Positions 49,505-64,000 of a stretch of 64,000 bases of DNA are shown here, piece by piece. Numbering within the stretch: the stretch's first letter is position 1; every line of letters starts with the position of its first letter. Source of the stretch: Dicyema japonicum (Eukaryota; Animalia; Dicyemida). Both the position numbers and the translations under genes were made by a program. The notes under the pieces were generated by a model, which was not told where the DNA came from, ran no database searches, and was given only the letters and a program-made list of their open reading frames with translations. The stretch lies in contig RDEW01000017.1 of the NCBI GenBank assembly GCA_011109175.1, positions 186,001 to 250,000 of the forward strand, given 5' to 3'.

Positions 49505-49800
49505 CCAAAGACCACGGTAGCACCACTAACTAATCATGTGATCCCAGCACGCTCTAGCAGAAACCTTAACTTAGCCCGATGTTCCTCTCTCGACCCCACA
49601 CATGCACTTATCGGCCGAGTGACTGGATCTTTGTAGTGACGACGGTGCGTTCCACAGTTCACGCGTATAATGGATTCTAGAGGCATTGGAGGATGGAACT
49701 GTCCAGAGGATCATCGTTCCGTAATTTTGGAGGCTCTTTTTCGGCTAGCCTCTATCTTCAAGACATTTGTCCAAGATATGAATCGGCCCCAGCCAGTGAG
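49505..49800 (-). mobile_element. Vingi-like LINE 3' tip
   Basis: PLESII...CVGSREEHRAKLRFLLERAGIT* matches the intact ORF C-terminus. Confidence 0.8.
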
Positions 49801-49967
49801 ACACTTTAAAATTAGATAAATTTATTTTAATTTCCAAAATAAATTATAAATGTTTATAAAAAATAATTAATTTTTGAAATTTATTATTATTTAAATAATA
49901 AATAATTACGTTGTGTTTACATAAGTTTTTAACATTGTAAGTCATAACCTTTCACTCTTAAAGGCAA

Positions 49968-50842
49968 ATGGACAACAAAATTAAAATAGAACGGAAAGGT
50001 CTTTTAAATTACAAAGAAAAAATAGCTACCGCGTCCCAGGACATGGCATACTCTTGCCAACAGAAAATTACTGAGATTTATGGTATAGATGCCTTCAGTC
50101 AGGGTACTCATTTCATCAAATTAAGATAATTACAAGATAGTGTCCGACCTAACTGACAAAATAACCTCCAAGACATCCCAAGAGAGTGACTTGATTAAGG
50201 ATCTCACTGAAGCTCTTTCTAAAAGTTCTGATGATCACTAAGTTTAGTCAACCAAGCATGCGATGAGACGATCAAGAGAACGTGTATGATTAGCGACGCC
50301 TCCTCAGATGCAAAGTTCCTGATAGACGAGGCCTTTAACAACCTAAGTATGGAAAATATAACTCCCAGACTGTGGAGTGGTGGCGAGTGATGTGTTGGAT
50401 GAGTCCGTCCCAATAGAGGACGCTTTTGTGAAGAAGCAGAAGCCTGAGAGGGGTAAGAGGCAAAAACGTGATGTGGGGGATGTTCAAAATGTTTATATTG
50501 GTTTGATTGGAAAGGACTCTCAGCCGAGTGATGGTAATATCAATTCGACTCGTCGTAAGAAGTCAAACAAGGTTCCTCCCAAGCACGACGATCAGGAGAA
50601 GTCGAATAGATACTACAATAAACGGGCAATGGTTTTTGTAGTTTGAATTTCAGGTCAAGGACTCCAACACAGAGTTGTACTGTTTTTGCAGAAAACCCGC
50701 CTTCGGAAGGATGGTTGGGTGTGACAATCACTGTAAGATCGAATGGTACCATTTTGAATGTTTGGACATGAAATCAAGCCCCAAGGGAAAATGGTACTGT
50801 CCGCTGTGCAGGGGGGAGGACGAGACTGTACCGAAATCATGA
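49968..50842 (+). CDS. Inhibitor of growth (ING) family PHD-finger protein
   Basis: Last exon LYCFCRKPAFGRMVGCDNHCKIEWYHFECLDMKSSPKGKWYCPLC; helical N-terminus; micro-introns. Confidence 0.88.
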
Positions 50843-50999
50843 TTAGCTTTATTTTTTCTTTTATATATTCTTTTTTATGATTTTCCTCAGGATTTACTCG
50901 CTTTAGAGACTTGTTCTTTTGAACGTAATTCGAAAATATTGCGAGTAATTTTTACCCCTTTCGTGCCCCACTGTTTTTTGGATGTGGTCTACAAAGGCT

Positions 51000-51200
51000 C
51001 AACCTGGTAAAGGGTATCTTCGACCAGTCTGGTTGATGTGATTAGCGGAGACCTTCCAATGTCACTCTAGTCCACTCTGAACCAGCGGAAAGGGTTGAAA
51101 CGTCCAGTCCCTGCATTTATGTGAGCCTTTCAAATGGGAAAGAGTAAATGACCTTTTTTTGTGGCACCCTGGTACTGAGTGTTATATGGATCACGTGACA
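51000..51200 (-). mobile_element. SINE family A-related copy, degraded
   Basis: Reverse complement GTCACGTGATCC...CAGTACCAGG...AAAAAGGTCATTTACTCT. Confidence 0.5.
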
Positions 51201-51599
51201 CAACTCTACTAGGAATGATATGCTGAATTGAGGAGAGGGAGAGAAAGCTTCGAATATGCTGACAGTTGAGAATCACTTCCAGGACTAGTTATACCATGAC
51301 ATCTTTAACCACTATGCTGCATGTACCTCTGTCTCACTAAATGTCTACCTAACTTCTTGGTGGATGAAAGCTCATATTTTCCTTCTTGTCACCATGGACG
51401 AGGTGATGGAATTGGGAGACATCAGAAACCTGATACCCTGAACGAAGGACCAAATTCACTAGTGAAGATTACCATTATGAAAACTCTTCCGTCTATGAAT
51501 GAAGCGATGTCCGTGACGGTAGGATGTGTGATGAAAATGGAAGAGGGCAGACCTGCTTTTTTTCTGAAGCGGAAGCCTGTAATGGACTATTGGAAGATG

Positions 51600-52100
51600 T
51601 ATTTGGTCGACACAAGCAGACGTTCTCCTTAATTTCTTCCTTTGATTAATTAGTTGTGACTGTTTGTGCTAGGCTTACTAAAGATTGTAAGCCTGTGGTT
51701 ATCAATTAATAAATATTCAAAGACCCTTCTCTCAAAAGAGTTCGACAATCCACTTGACCACCTCCGTTTTTTCGTCAATCAGGCTAATCTCCATATTTTC
51801 GTTGCCAGCCCCATCAAATGGTTTGATGCAGAAAGGATTTCCTCTTATGAGACTCCATATTCTCAACTATCTTTTTATCACGATTCATCTCACCTGGGAT
51901 GCCTGGCTGGCATCCAAAGGATCCATCTCTTCATCCCCCGGGAAACTATTTCAATTCCTGGCGATGAGTTCTGACTTCAACCTCAGCTCCCCGGTGACCA
52001 AATAATTGAGATGATGACGCTCCTCAAATTGACGAAATCACTACTTAGCTTCAGAAAGAATAAAAGCCTTTCACTGTCTTCTTTTTCTCGTAAGCATGGA
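51600..52100 (-). pseudogene. Possible DH-PH (RhoGEF) remnant
   Basis: RTLLREGSL PH-start-like motif after a helical segment; many stops; cut by an hAT element. Confidence 0.25.
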
Positions 52101-52105
52101 ATAGG

Positions 52106-52530
52106 TCAAGGGTCAGCAACCTTCTACGCCAAAGAGCCAATTTTTGGTTTTTTGTCAATTAAAAAAATTGAAGAGCCACTTTTTAAAATAATAAAACATT
52201 ATATTTAATATTAGTAGTCCTGGCAGACTGCTTCCAATAATTAAATGTTGAACTTTCAATTTTAATATTTTTTGAAGTTCTTCCACAGCTAGTTTTCGTG
52301 CCAATTGAATATTTTCTTGAAAAATCATCATGCTTTGAATTGAAGTGTCTCTCCAGTTTTGAAATTTTGTTCTGGTTGAATGTTTTGTGGTAAAGGAGAC
52401 ATTTTGGAAGATGATCTGAGCTTGATATGATGACTAATCTCAATCCATTGAGGTTGAAAAAAACGTTTTCTATCCATTTTTTACTTATTATCTTATAGAC
52501 ACAATTGAAGAGCCACAAACATAATTTATG
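52106..52530 (-). mobile_element. hAT (Charlie-like) end and BED-finger remnant
   Basis: CAAGGGTCAGCAACCT terminus; PKCLL...KLERHFNSKH. Confidence 0.6.
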
Positions 52531-52941
52531 ATTAGGTGAGCAATATTTTTAAAATTAATATATTCAAAAATATGTAATAATTTAAATAAAAATATAGTCT
52601 AAAATATACATAAAAACATTTTGGAAAAAGAATACTATTTTGAAAATGTTTTTATTGGATACCAAAGATGATTTTTACATTTAAATTCTGTGACTTAAAT
52701 TTCCACCCAACATTCCAGAGAGTCAATGCCGTAAGGGAAAGAGAGTACAGGGAGAGATCATGTGATCCCAAAGGTGTGTTCCACGTCAGCTCACAGTTGG
52801 GGATTTTGAAATTGCAGAATTTTCTTATTTTTTCGACTCTGAAAGAAGAATCTCGTTAACGATGTTGATATCATCCAAGAGTAGTTTAGGATCTCTTGAC
52901 TTCCCCTGGACCTCACGGACTGGAAGTGAAAGTAATGGACC

Positions 52942-53335
52942 TTTTTTCTTTTTTTTATTTAACCCAAGACCACGGTAAATCCAAACTTATTATAACGTAA
53001 TCCCGATGCATTCTAACAGAAACCTCATCTTTGCCCGGTGTTCTTCCTTCGTGCCCGCGCATGAACGTACAGACGGCTGCCTGAATTTTCAGGGCCACCT
53101 TCCCGTGATCTGGAGTCTAGTCTCATAAGATCCTCCAGAGGGGTAGATCCGGTTCGGTGATCTTCACAAATCCAACGCTCCGTTACTCTGAAAGGCCTCT
53201 TTTGCATTTCTTCATATTTGTCCAAGATATGGACGGTCCCCACGAGGCGCATGCATATGAGAAACATGGCTCGATGTACCGTCTGGATACGTCCTGTCTT
53301 AGCGGGACGTTTTTTGACTGTTGTCACTTTCTTAC
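52942..53335 (-). mobile_element. Vingi-like LINE 3' fragment
   Basis: YRAMFLICM/PLEDLMR...KMRFLLECIGIT; tail CCGTGGTCTTGGGTTAAATAAAA. Confidence 0.65.
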
Positions 53336-53339
53336 ATGT

Positions 53340-53530
53340 TAAGGAAACGGACAAATAATATAAAAGCTTATCTGATCCCACTACCATTCCCACTAATTCT
53401 GCATACACCATCAGAATTAATTCCATGCTTTGATATCAGACATGTAAGAAAGTCAATAATCATTCCAAAAGCCATATTTGGAGGAATAATCGTAATTTTC
53501 AAAAAGGGAAGGAATTCAAAGGGATCCTGG
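53340..53530 (-). pseudogene. RhoGAP-domain fragment interrupted by a LINE piece
   Basis: IIDFLTCLISKHGINSDGVCRISG resembles the arginine-finger motif; a stop follows. Confidence 0.4.
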
Positions 53531-53581
53531 TTCAGAATAAAGTATAATCAAAAAATAGAATTTAAATTCCCATAGTTATCA

Positions 53582-55020
53582 CTAATCTCTATATTTCAGC
53601 AAAAAATCGAGATGTTTACTCTTCCTTCCATGGGTAATAGTAATCATATCCACCGTCTAAACAACTCCCACATAATATACCTCCTCATAGAATCGTCCCT
53701 CAACAGGAAGTTCTAAATACGCCCGACATTTCACTATTTTTAAAGCCACAATAGAGAGCATGCAAGAAATCCCATAAAAAATTCTAAATGACATGAAATG
53801 ATGACTTTAGCTGATCGTATATACTCTCCATAGACTCCAAGGCTCCCTTAAAATCCATATGTTCCATTTGCATCAGAGATTGGTAATATTTCAATGACGT
53901 ATAATACACGTGGTAGTAGGAAGCATACTTTGTGTCCACTTTTTCAACAGTTTTTCAATATTGTCAATAAATAGTGCATCGTAATTCTTATCACTTGAAA
54001 ATTAATCCAAAAAAACATATCGGAAAGAAATTGTTCGATTTGTTCACCCATCCGTCTGCGTTGTAGCAAATATTCGTCATCCACTTGGGTCTGACACTTA
54101 CTACAGCTGCCTGACAGATTTATAAGACCACTATGGCACGAAGGACACTTTGTAGCATTGATTTCATTATCAAAGACATCATCTGAGCATCGAGGACATT
54201 GGCAAGTGAAACAGTAGCCTTTTAAAGCGGCATGTCGGTTTGCCTTGTTGCCCAATAAGTCAATATATGTGATGCTAATACTCTGGGTGTTAGAATAAAG
54301 GTTAACCTCTTCCGAGATATTATCAACCGCAATAATTTTCTGTCTAATTCCTCTGTAAACAACGATCGCGTTTGGAACACAGGAATGATTATATTTCGAA
54401 GAGCTAGGCTCAGTTCAGAAGGATATCAACTTTAAATAGAGACCAACTCCTTGTATTCTTGAACAATAGGATTCCCAAATATGGAACGAATTGGTCCGCA
54501 ATTTACAGTAAATTTGGATAAGTTCGCTTGAGTGGATGGACTCGTAGTAATCTCTGCAGTATTTCAAGTCAGATTTAAGATAAGGAATGATTTGTTGATG
54601 TAGAGCCTCATAATCTGAATAAATTATAATGAAATAAGCAAACTTGATGCTAAATCACTGAATGATCTTCCTTGTGGGTCACTTTCTCGGTTCAAAATCC
54701 CTAATTTGTGCTTTGAGTGAATGTTCGGAATACCTTCACTAAAAATTGGAAGAATAAGCGTGTATTATCCGATGGAATTCCGTTTTCAACGAGTTTCTTG
54801 CATTCAAATTTGTGGATTTTCCATGATTTTTTCTAAGCTTAAACGTTAATACAACTTGACAAGATATGCTGCAGTATTTCACGATTTTACAGTTTTGGCA
54901 CATTTTGAGATTTGATTCCGTGAAACACCACGAACATTTCTTATTTACCAAGTCCTGGCTTAAAACATGGGCAAATGGCAGAGATTCCTCGATAACGTCA
55001 CCTGGTCTAAGAAATTTCAT
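53582..55020 (-). CDS. SET and MYND domain lysine methyltransferase (SMYD2/3-like)
   Basis: PGDVI...CSWCF...CQNC...YCSISCQ|KKSWKIHKFEC; GVGLYL...NHSCVPN; ITYIDL; YCFTCQCPRC; ITHG tail. Confidence 0.9.
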
Positions 55021-55069
55021 GTTTTTTAATGCGGTTTATTTAAAATAATTATTTAATTTTATTTATCAA

Positions 55070-55882
55070 ATGTTCTGGAAAAGCTTAGGAGAGTCGTCCG
55101 CGACTTTGTCCTCGTCGAATAAAGATAGATCCCAGCTGATGGATCCTACGCGTTTTTTTGTGGGCTTTTAAATTAAATTGTTAACTCCAGCATTGCTAAC
55201 ATGTAGGAAGCTTACGACCTTTAGGAAGCACGCCGCCAAAACCGATCTCTTCTAACGATCCTCCGCTTTCTTGCTAAGTCCTGGTGGTTAAAACACTTTA
55301 AAGAGATTTTTTCCACCGTAGATAGACTCTGTCCACACCGTAATCTTGACCACCACAGGGATCAGCGATTTTGAAACGCTGTGTCAAAGTAATTTGCTGT
55401 CTTCAATGGCTCGTTTGGGACATACAAAGTCGTTGTCGGGGTAAGATTTCTCTGAGTTTTCTTTACTACGGATGTGTCTACGGTTAGTGGATTTGAGTGA
55501 TTGGAATGTGGGTGGTTCAGGTCAACTGATTGTTGGAGATATTGTCAGCTTCGCATTTTGAGGCAGTCTACCAATGACTCACAGAAGTTTGGCCCGATAT
55601 TGACGAGGATAATCGCGTTGTAATCGAAAAATTGGCATATCGATCCAAATCTTAGATACCACACTCCAGATATGAAATCTTCCTGTGATTAGCCAAGTTT
55701 GCAATGAATAGTTATTTCATTTCATTGACAGAAACAAAGACAACAAATCAAGCTAAAACTGCTAAAAGAACGTGGGTATACTGCGGACGATGACCATTCA
55801 CAGGCACTGAGAACCATCTGTGTTCGCGAGGGCCTCTGTGTCTCAACTCCCAAAACGAAAAATATTCTGAAGCTGTTTTAAA
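55070..55882 (+). CDS. Possible unknown spliced gene, divergent from SMYD
   Basis: ATG 49 nt from the SMYD start, open first exon and GT-AG micro-intron; later frames broken. Confidence 0.25.
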
Positions 55883-55947
55883 ATGTTGTTCAAGTAACAC
55901 TTAAGAATTTCAAAAATCAAAATTTTTTTAAATTAATCGATAAATCA

Positions 55948-56110
55948 GATAGCTTCGAATCCTCGCTGGATATTTAGTAGAAGGTCCTCTTCCTACGCTC
56001 TGCCCCTTTCTTTCAACGTCCAGTTGACTTCATGTGATCGACTTATCTCAGGAAGTCCCCAGTGCCAGGACGGCATATGAAAAGTAACTTGCTCCCCCCT
56101 ACTCCACTGA
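55948..56110 (+). mobile_element. SINE family A copy with tRNA B-box remnant
   Basis: GCTTCGAATCC; core GACTTC-ATGT-GATCG...GAAGTC..GTGCC-AGGAC-GGCAT. Confidence 0.7.
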
Positions 56111-56606
56111 ATCGGGATGCACTTGAAGGTTCTTTAAAGGACTAAGAATGTAAAATCAATAAATCAAATAATGATGCTAATCTCATGAAACATTACGTCA
56201 GCGTGATGTGCAGCTGTCCCCAACGAATGGACATAACAAATGATCCTAAGGGACAGTTGTCATTGGAAGCCCTCAAGCATTGTTGTATTCTAAGAAGCGA
56301 TCTGATGACGGCAATCGATGCCTTGAAGAACTATATAGCCAGTCATCCACCTAAGACTTCCAAGATTAAGCTTAATTAACTTCAGAGCTCCATTAACATC
56401 AATCACTTAACGGCCAAATTAACATATCAACTCAAAAAGCTATTAATAACACTAAATCCCTATAAGAAGCTTAGCCAACAACGTCACAGAGAATTTCCCA
56501 GAATCCCTGAACCATTTAAATCTCTGAAACCAACACAACAACGTCATTAAGTCTAAAGGATTCTATTAGTAAGACAACACAACCAAAATTAAGAAATAAC
56601 TAACTA

Positions 56607-57536
56607 TCAGTCTCGCTTAGCTTTGACGCATCCCTTCAACTGTGATGGTAGTGGAACTCTCTCACAGCTAACCATCACCACCAAAAGCATACACAAAACT
56701 CATCATAGAGCAGAACCTTGGCTTCGCTTGTCCTGTCAATCGATCAATGGAGTCCTTGTAGGTGTTGAAAAACCACGGAACGGACATGGCAGAAACGGTC
56801 CCTTAAATTACAGTTTCACCCACAAAACCCCAAATAAGAAGCATTGGAAGGGAGATAGCCCTGAATAGGTAAGAAAACATCCAGATGGAGACCACATACT
56901 GCAATTCAGCTTACAACAACCTTCAAGGTCATACAAGGATTTTGAAAATTGCAGACAGAACGGAAGGTTTGAATCACGGAAACAACCCTGGAAAGCAACG
57001 AAGCTACGTTGCCACGGATTTGATCCTCATTCAGCACGAGATAGTCAGTACAGAAACTCCTAGTATGTTAAACACCAATTACTCGAAAAAATTGTTATAA
57101 ACTTGGTAATTAAGTGTCGAGGCTAACTCGTTGTATATCTTCAGAGTGGCAGAGGCTAGAAATACGGCCAGCAGAATATTCGAGACCGCGTAAAGGAAGT
57201 TATTCCAGCAAAAGGCTAGAAAAACACTGACAGAGGTGATTAGTATGGCGAGAGATAGCTGGACGTTCTTCCATAGGATAAGGTCGGACACTGAAATAAT
57301 GATGACTAGGAAACCAAATGTACTGCACTTGCAGGGTTTTTCCACAACAACCTCGAAAGGACAGGTGGGTTCCTCAGCTGTGGTAGTAGAAGATATTGGA
57401 TACCTTGATAAGTCTCCAATGTGCACTGGACGGGAGGTAGATCATCAATTTTAGTTGAAGGTTGAGATGTTTCAGATTCACTTAATATGTCCTCTTCTAG
57501 AGTTAATTCAGGCGGATTATCGTTGAATTCAGCCAT
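56607..57536 (-). CDS. Reticulon family protein
   Basis: DLILWKNVQLS plus two long hydrophobic segments, TLK|YVVSIWMFSYL, SVPWFFNTYKDSID. Confidence 0.82.
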
Positions 57537-57659
57537 GAGAACTCAATTAAGAATGATATATATTTTAATAGATTTATATATTTATTTATATAAATTAATT
57601 AATATATTGAAAATATTTTATTAATATTATCAATTATTTGGAAAATTATGATCACGTAG

Positions 57660-58965
57660 TTATCTTGCTCTGATCTTTACTGTTGTGTTCTATCGGAATA
57701 AATCATCCATAAGAGCCTCAAAAATTCGTCAATATTTTTGATGAATTTTCGAATTTGACTTTTTTAAACCGGATGCTTTGTATTAGGATTTTGACTTAAT
57801 TGCTAATTTCTTATCTTTGATGCGCTTAGTAGTGTAACAAATCTCTTTTGACTTTTTCTGAGTACTTCAGTTGCATGCATGGAGAAAGCTGATGTCTAGT
57901 TAAGTCTGACCTCAAAAGCTGATAGTTGACTGACTTGTTTGCTGAACGATGACGAATTTTATTCTACCAACCACCCGTCGTTGGATATGGGTTCACTTGA
58001 AACAGTGCATTAAATGCAACGCTTCAGTCAACTCCGCCCGATTTTTACATTCTTTTACCACGTTTTTGACTGTTTAATAGCATCATTAGTTGAAGAATAT
58101 TCACGTTCAACAGGGTGCTCAAATGGCTTTCCTTTTTTGAATCTTGACTCCGTGATGGACGGGGAACTGCAAGGAGCCACGATTATCCAAATTTCAAGCT
58201 GACGAGTAGCTGAGTACAATAAAACAGATATCCTGGGATAACCTGATTAAAACATGTAGCTTACTTGTTGTCCAGATAAGCTAGAAATGAGACAAAGCGA
58301 CAGAAAAATGACTTTTATTTTTTACGGAAAACCCAGTTAAACCAATATTACTACTCGTGGAGTCGTTGACGTGAAACTCATCTTTGTCCTCACTAGAGTT
58401 GCCTGGCACGCCATCTTCCTAATTCCACCGAGTGATTAATTGCTGTAGACAAATCTTCCTAATAGTGCACACTCCGTATCTATACTCCACCAACATGGTC
58501 TCTAACGTTTTCTTGAGGACGACAGATTGAATGTATGTTCTAGTTAGAGCATTGATTGCTATGATTTCCAAGTGAGAAAAGGCTAAAGCAACAGAAAATA
58601 GGAGAAAGCATAAATAGTTAAATTTAGACTTTATGCGCATTCTCATTCACATTCTTGGACATAAACGTGTCCAGTATTTTGAACTTACATTTGATAATAG
58701 GTTAAATCAAGTTTCCTATGTTCATACAAGAAACAGAAAACCCATTTAAAGAGAGGATTGGTTATTCAAGCGGAGAAATTCCGATCAGTCTTGACGAAGG
58801 ACAGTTTATTTGCAGAAATTTGAGAGGACAGTCCCGGAAGGCAATAAGATCACCGGTGAACTACTCGGGAGTTACTAGAAGGTGAGATTACTTAATTAGT
58901 TGGTTTTGACAAATTTCTCGTGTAATTATCGACCCTTAGCAGACAAATGGATCTACTAACCCATA
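57660..58965 (-). other. Possible unknown or decayed gene
   Basis: ATG near 58965 and micro-intron-like signals, but many stops; no family recognised. Confidence 0.2.
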
Positions 58966-59084
58966 TAAGTTGAAATCTCTGGGATTCTTGTCACAAGTAC
59001 TCATGGCAAAACCCCCGGAATATCAAAAATATAAGTGCTTACGTTAAAAATCAATAATTAAAAAAATAAGTAAAATAACAATAT

Positions 59085-61649
<2,565 letters not shown>

Positions 61650-62867
61650 ACAACAACAACTAAATAAATTATTAAGTTTAAATTTTAATGTATTTCAAAC
61701 TTTATTTTAATTTGCTTAAAATTAGTTTAATAATTTAAATAATCTCATTTTACCGACTATACATAATAATCCTCCAAAAACAGCTCTCTTGGAAAACATA
61801 TTAGCCTTCCATGCCAGTATTTAATGAGAGGTCATGTTCATTCTAATTCGGAAATTGTTATAACCTGGGATCACCTTGCTTTAATATCCTTTTTCTTGTG
61901 GTCTTGGAGTTATTAAATAAATATATAAAAATAGGTTACTTAATCCCAGTTTATTTAAATCGAAATTTAATCTCAGATTATTGCAATCGTGAAAGGCAAT
62001 GCAACGTCGGTAATGTCGGCGGGGACCACTTTGGATGGATTGCTGTGTTAATTAATTATTGTTACTTTTAAAATTTGTTATTAATCTCAGATTATAGAAA
62101 AAAATAATTTTCAAGAAGCCGCACACCTCGATAAGAAGATCTCCTATATGATCCTTCAGTAGAGACTCTTAAGTTTCAATAGAAGCAATGTCTCTAAGTA
62201 CTAGAAGCAATGTCTGTTAACGTCTAATAAATTTGTGCACAGCTTAAAATCTACTAAGTGCGATCAGCGAATCATGAATTTCTAAATTCCTTAAAAACAG
62301 TTCAGCAGAACTTCAAAGTAAATTCTCTAAAACTACGCAGTACTATGAATTGATTGTACAAATTTTGAGATTAAGGTCATAAATGGTCAAGACCCAAAGC
62401 GGATAAACGACAATGTGATTTTCATAGTTACTACGCAATTTTATCGATTTATTGACCATAGCCTTACTACTTCACTGAAACGAAGGAATCAGTTGGTTGA
62501 CCAACAAAATAGTATTCTGTAGCTGTTATACGGACTATTAATAATTAAATTAATAAATTAATTGTTTTGGGTAATTTCCATCTACATTTCTATCGTAACT
62601 AGGTCAACTTCATGATTGATAAAACGAGGTGACGGACTTAGTGAACATCAGAAATTTGAAGTTATGAACAAAGGAAGTGTCACGTAGGACCCGGATTAGA
62701 ATCCCATCCTGCCCTAATTTGAAAAAAATAATATAATTAAACACTACCGCGTTGCCATGAGCACGTAAGATGTCTAGAATTTCGCTCGTACATAACACAC
62801 ATTTTATTTAAGTAAAGAACAGTTATTATAACTAATCGTAGAGGGAGAACCAAGGAATGCTCTTCAC

Positions 62868-63070
62868 TTTTTTGTTTGTTTTTCTTCTTGTGTGTATGTC
62901 CTTTTGACTCTCCAGTTCCTCAGTGAATCTCCACTGATGACGGCGTCACTCGTCAAGCCCTTTTCGCATCGTAGATGCGTGGAACCTTCCATCAGATGAA
63001 CAGCAGCGAGAATCGAACCCGTGACCTAAGCCACTTTAGCCCGACACCTAACCACTATGCCGCCTGGCTT
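62868..63070 (-). mobile_element. SINE family B, full-length with tRNA head
   Basis: A box TAGTGGTTAGG, B box GGTTCGATTC, structured core, A-rich tail. Confidence 0.8.
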
Positions 63071-63384
63071 AAAAAATAAATAATCTTTCAGAAGTTACAG
63101 TATACGATGATAGTTTATGATTCCATATATGAACTTGTGGTAAAATTAATTAAAATAAAAATTTGTAAAAACATTTTGTGGTAAGTTTTTAATTTTTCTT
63201 ATACTCCGAATATAAATAAAAGGAGATTTCTATGGCATGCTCTTAGAATAGACCTAGAGTTAGGACTGAACATACAAAAATGGAAAAAATTAACTATTCG
63301 TTTGATTTCTCGTGCTGCAAAGTCTTTTTTATTTTCGAGACTCATGAACGACACTTCATCAATTCTATATCTCCCACCTTTACG

Positions 63385-63562
63385 ATTTGCTCTTCCCCAC
63401 TCAACTGGAGGGGTTTTCACAACTGCATGTAATGGAGGTCTTACCTTTTATGTTGATTCCGGATGGACTCTGTTTCTGTAGAAGTGGAAACTGGATACAC
63501 TTAATTAGTTGGCTACTTTAACTTCTTTCTCGGTGTATCCTGGGTTAATAAATAAATAATAT
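63385..63562 (+). mobile_element. SINE family A, 3' part only
   Basis: Matches 22999-23175; begins just after the pseudoknot core. Confidence 0.85.
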
Positions 63563-64000
63563 CTCCCAATAACATTATCGGGAAATAAGCTTAATGTTGT
63601 GTGTATGAATATATGCGACACGATAATTCAGTTGTCTAGTTTTGATTTAAAGTTCTTAGGAGACTTGAAATAAGTACTTTATTATTACATTTGTAAGAAG
63701 AAGAGTGTTTAAATTAGCAGTATAAAAAATCAAGTTTTGATTTTTACACACGTGGGATGTCTCCCATTATCACCCATCTTCGGGATCTCTGGGATCTTGC
63801 ATTAGTGCCTAGAAATGATTAAAGTGGAAAGTTTTTGAAATTAGCATTGAGGTCACGCCACTTGACTGGATGATATTGATCGAATTTTTCAGAAACTCAA
63901 ATTCTTCATACTTGAACGATATTTCCAAACGAATAATATTATGCCAGGACAAGAATACTCACAATACCACTACTGGATGCTTTCATGAGACGAGAGTAAC

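Noticed and set aside
62934-62990. Hammerhead ribozyme from CTGATGA
   Set aside because: No GAAA core after a stem II; it is the antisense of the SINE B hairpins.

Overview
AT-rich, gene-dense eukaryotic (animal) genomic DNA, not prokaryotic. Host genes (TFIIS, DTD1, GMPPB, androglobin, a tetraspanin, RPL10A, NUP155, ING, a SMYD methyltransferase, reticulon, a WWP/ITCH-type HECT ligase and a decayed CCP/sushi membrane protein) are broken by very short introns, mostly 20-28 nt, which is why the ORF track fragments them. Micro-introns, androglobin (cilia-associated) and very divergent proteins suggest a dicyemid-like parasite; this is inference. Much of the window is transposon debris: CRE-like, NeSL/R4-like, RTE and Vingi/Ingi-like non-LTR elements, pogo, Tc1 and hAT DNA transposons, and two structured SINE families. 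Main observations: (1) a 26-nt AT-AC micro-intron at what I recall as the minor-spliceosome intron position of TFIIS; (2) an intact Vingi/Ingi-like LINE whose 5' end folds into an HDV-like double pseudoknot containing the start codon, followed by a 2A ribosome-skip peptide, plus a dispersed, partly tRNA-headed SINE family carrying the same fold with compensatory changes; (3) about a 4-fold excess of CACGTG, concentrated in host genes and nearly absent from transposon blocks. Scattered single-base deletions in short homopolymers look like long-read consensus errors. All parsing was done by eye, so transposon boundaries are approximate.
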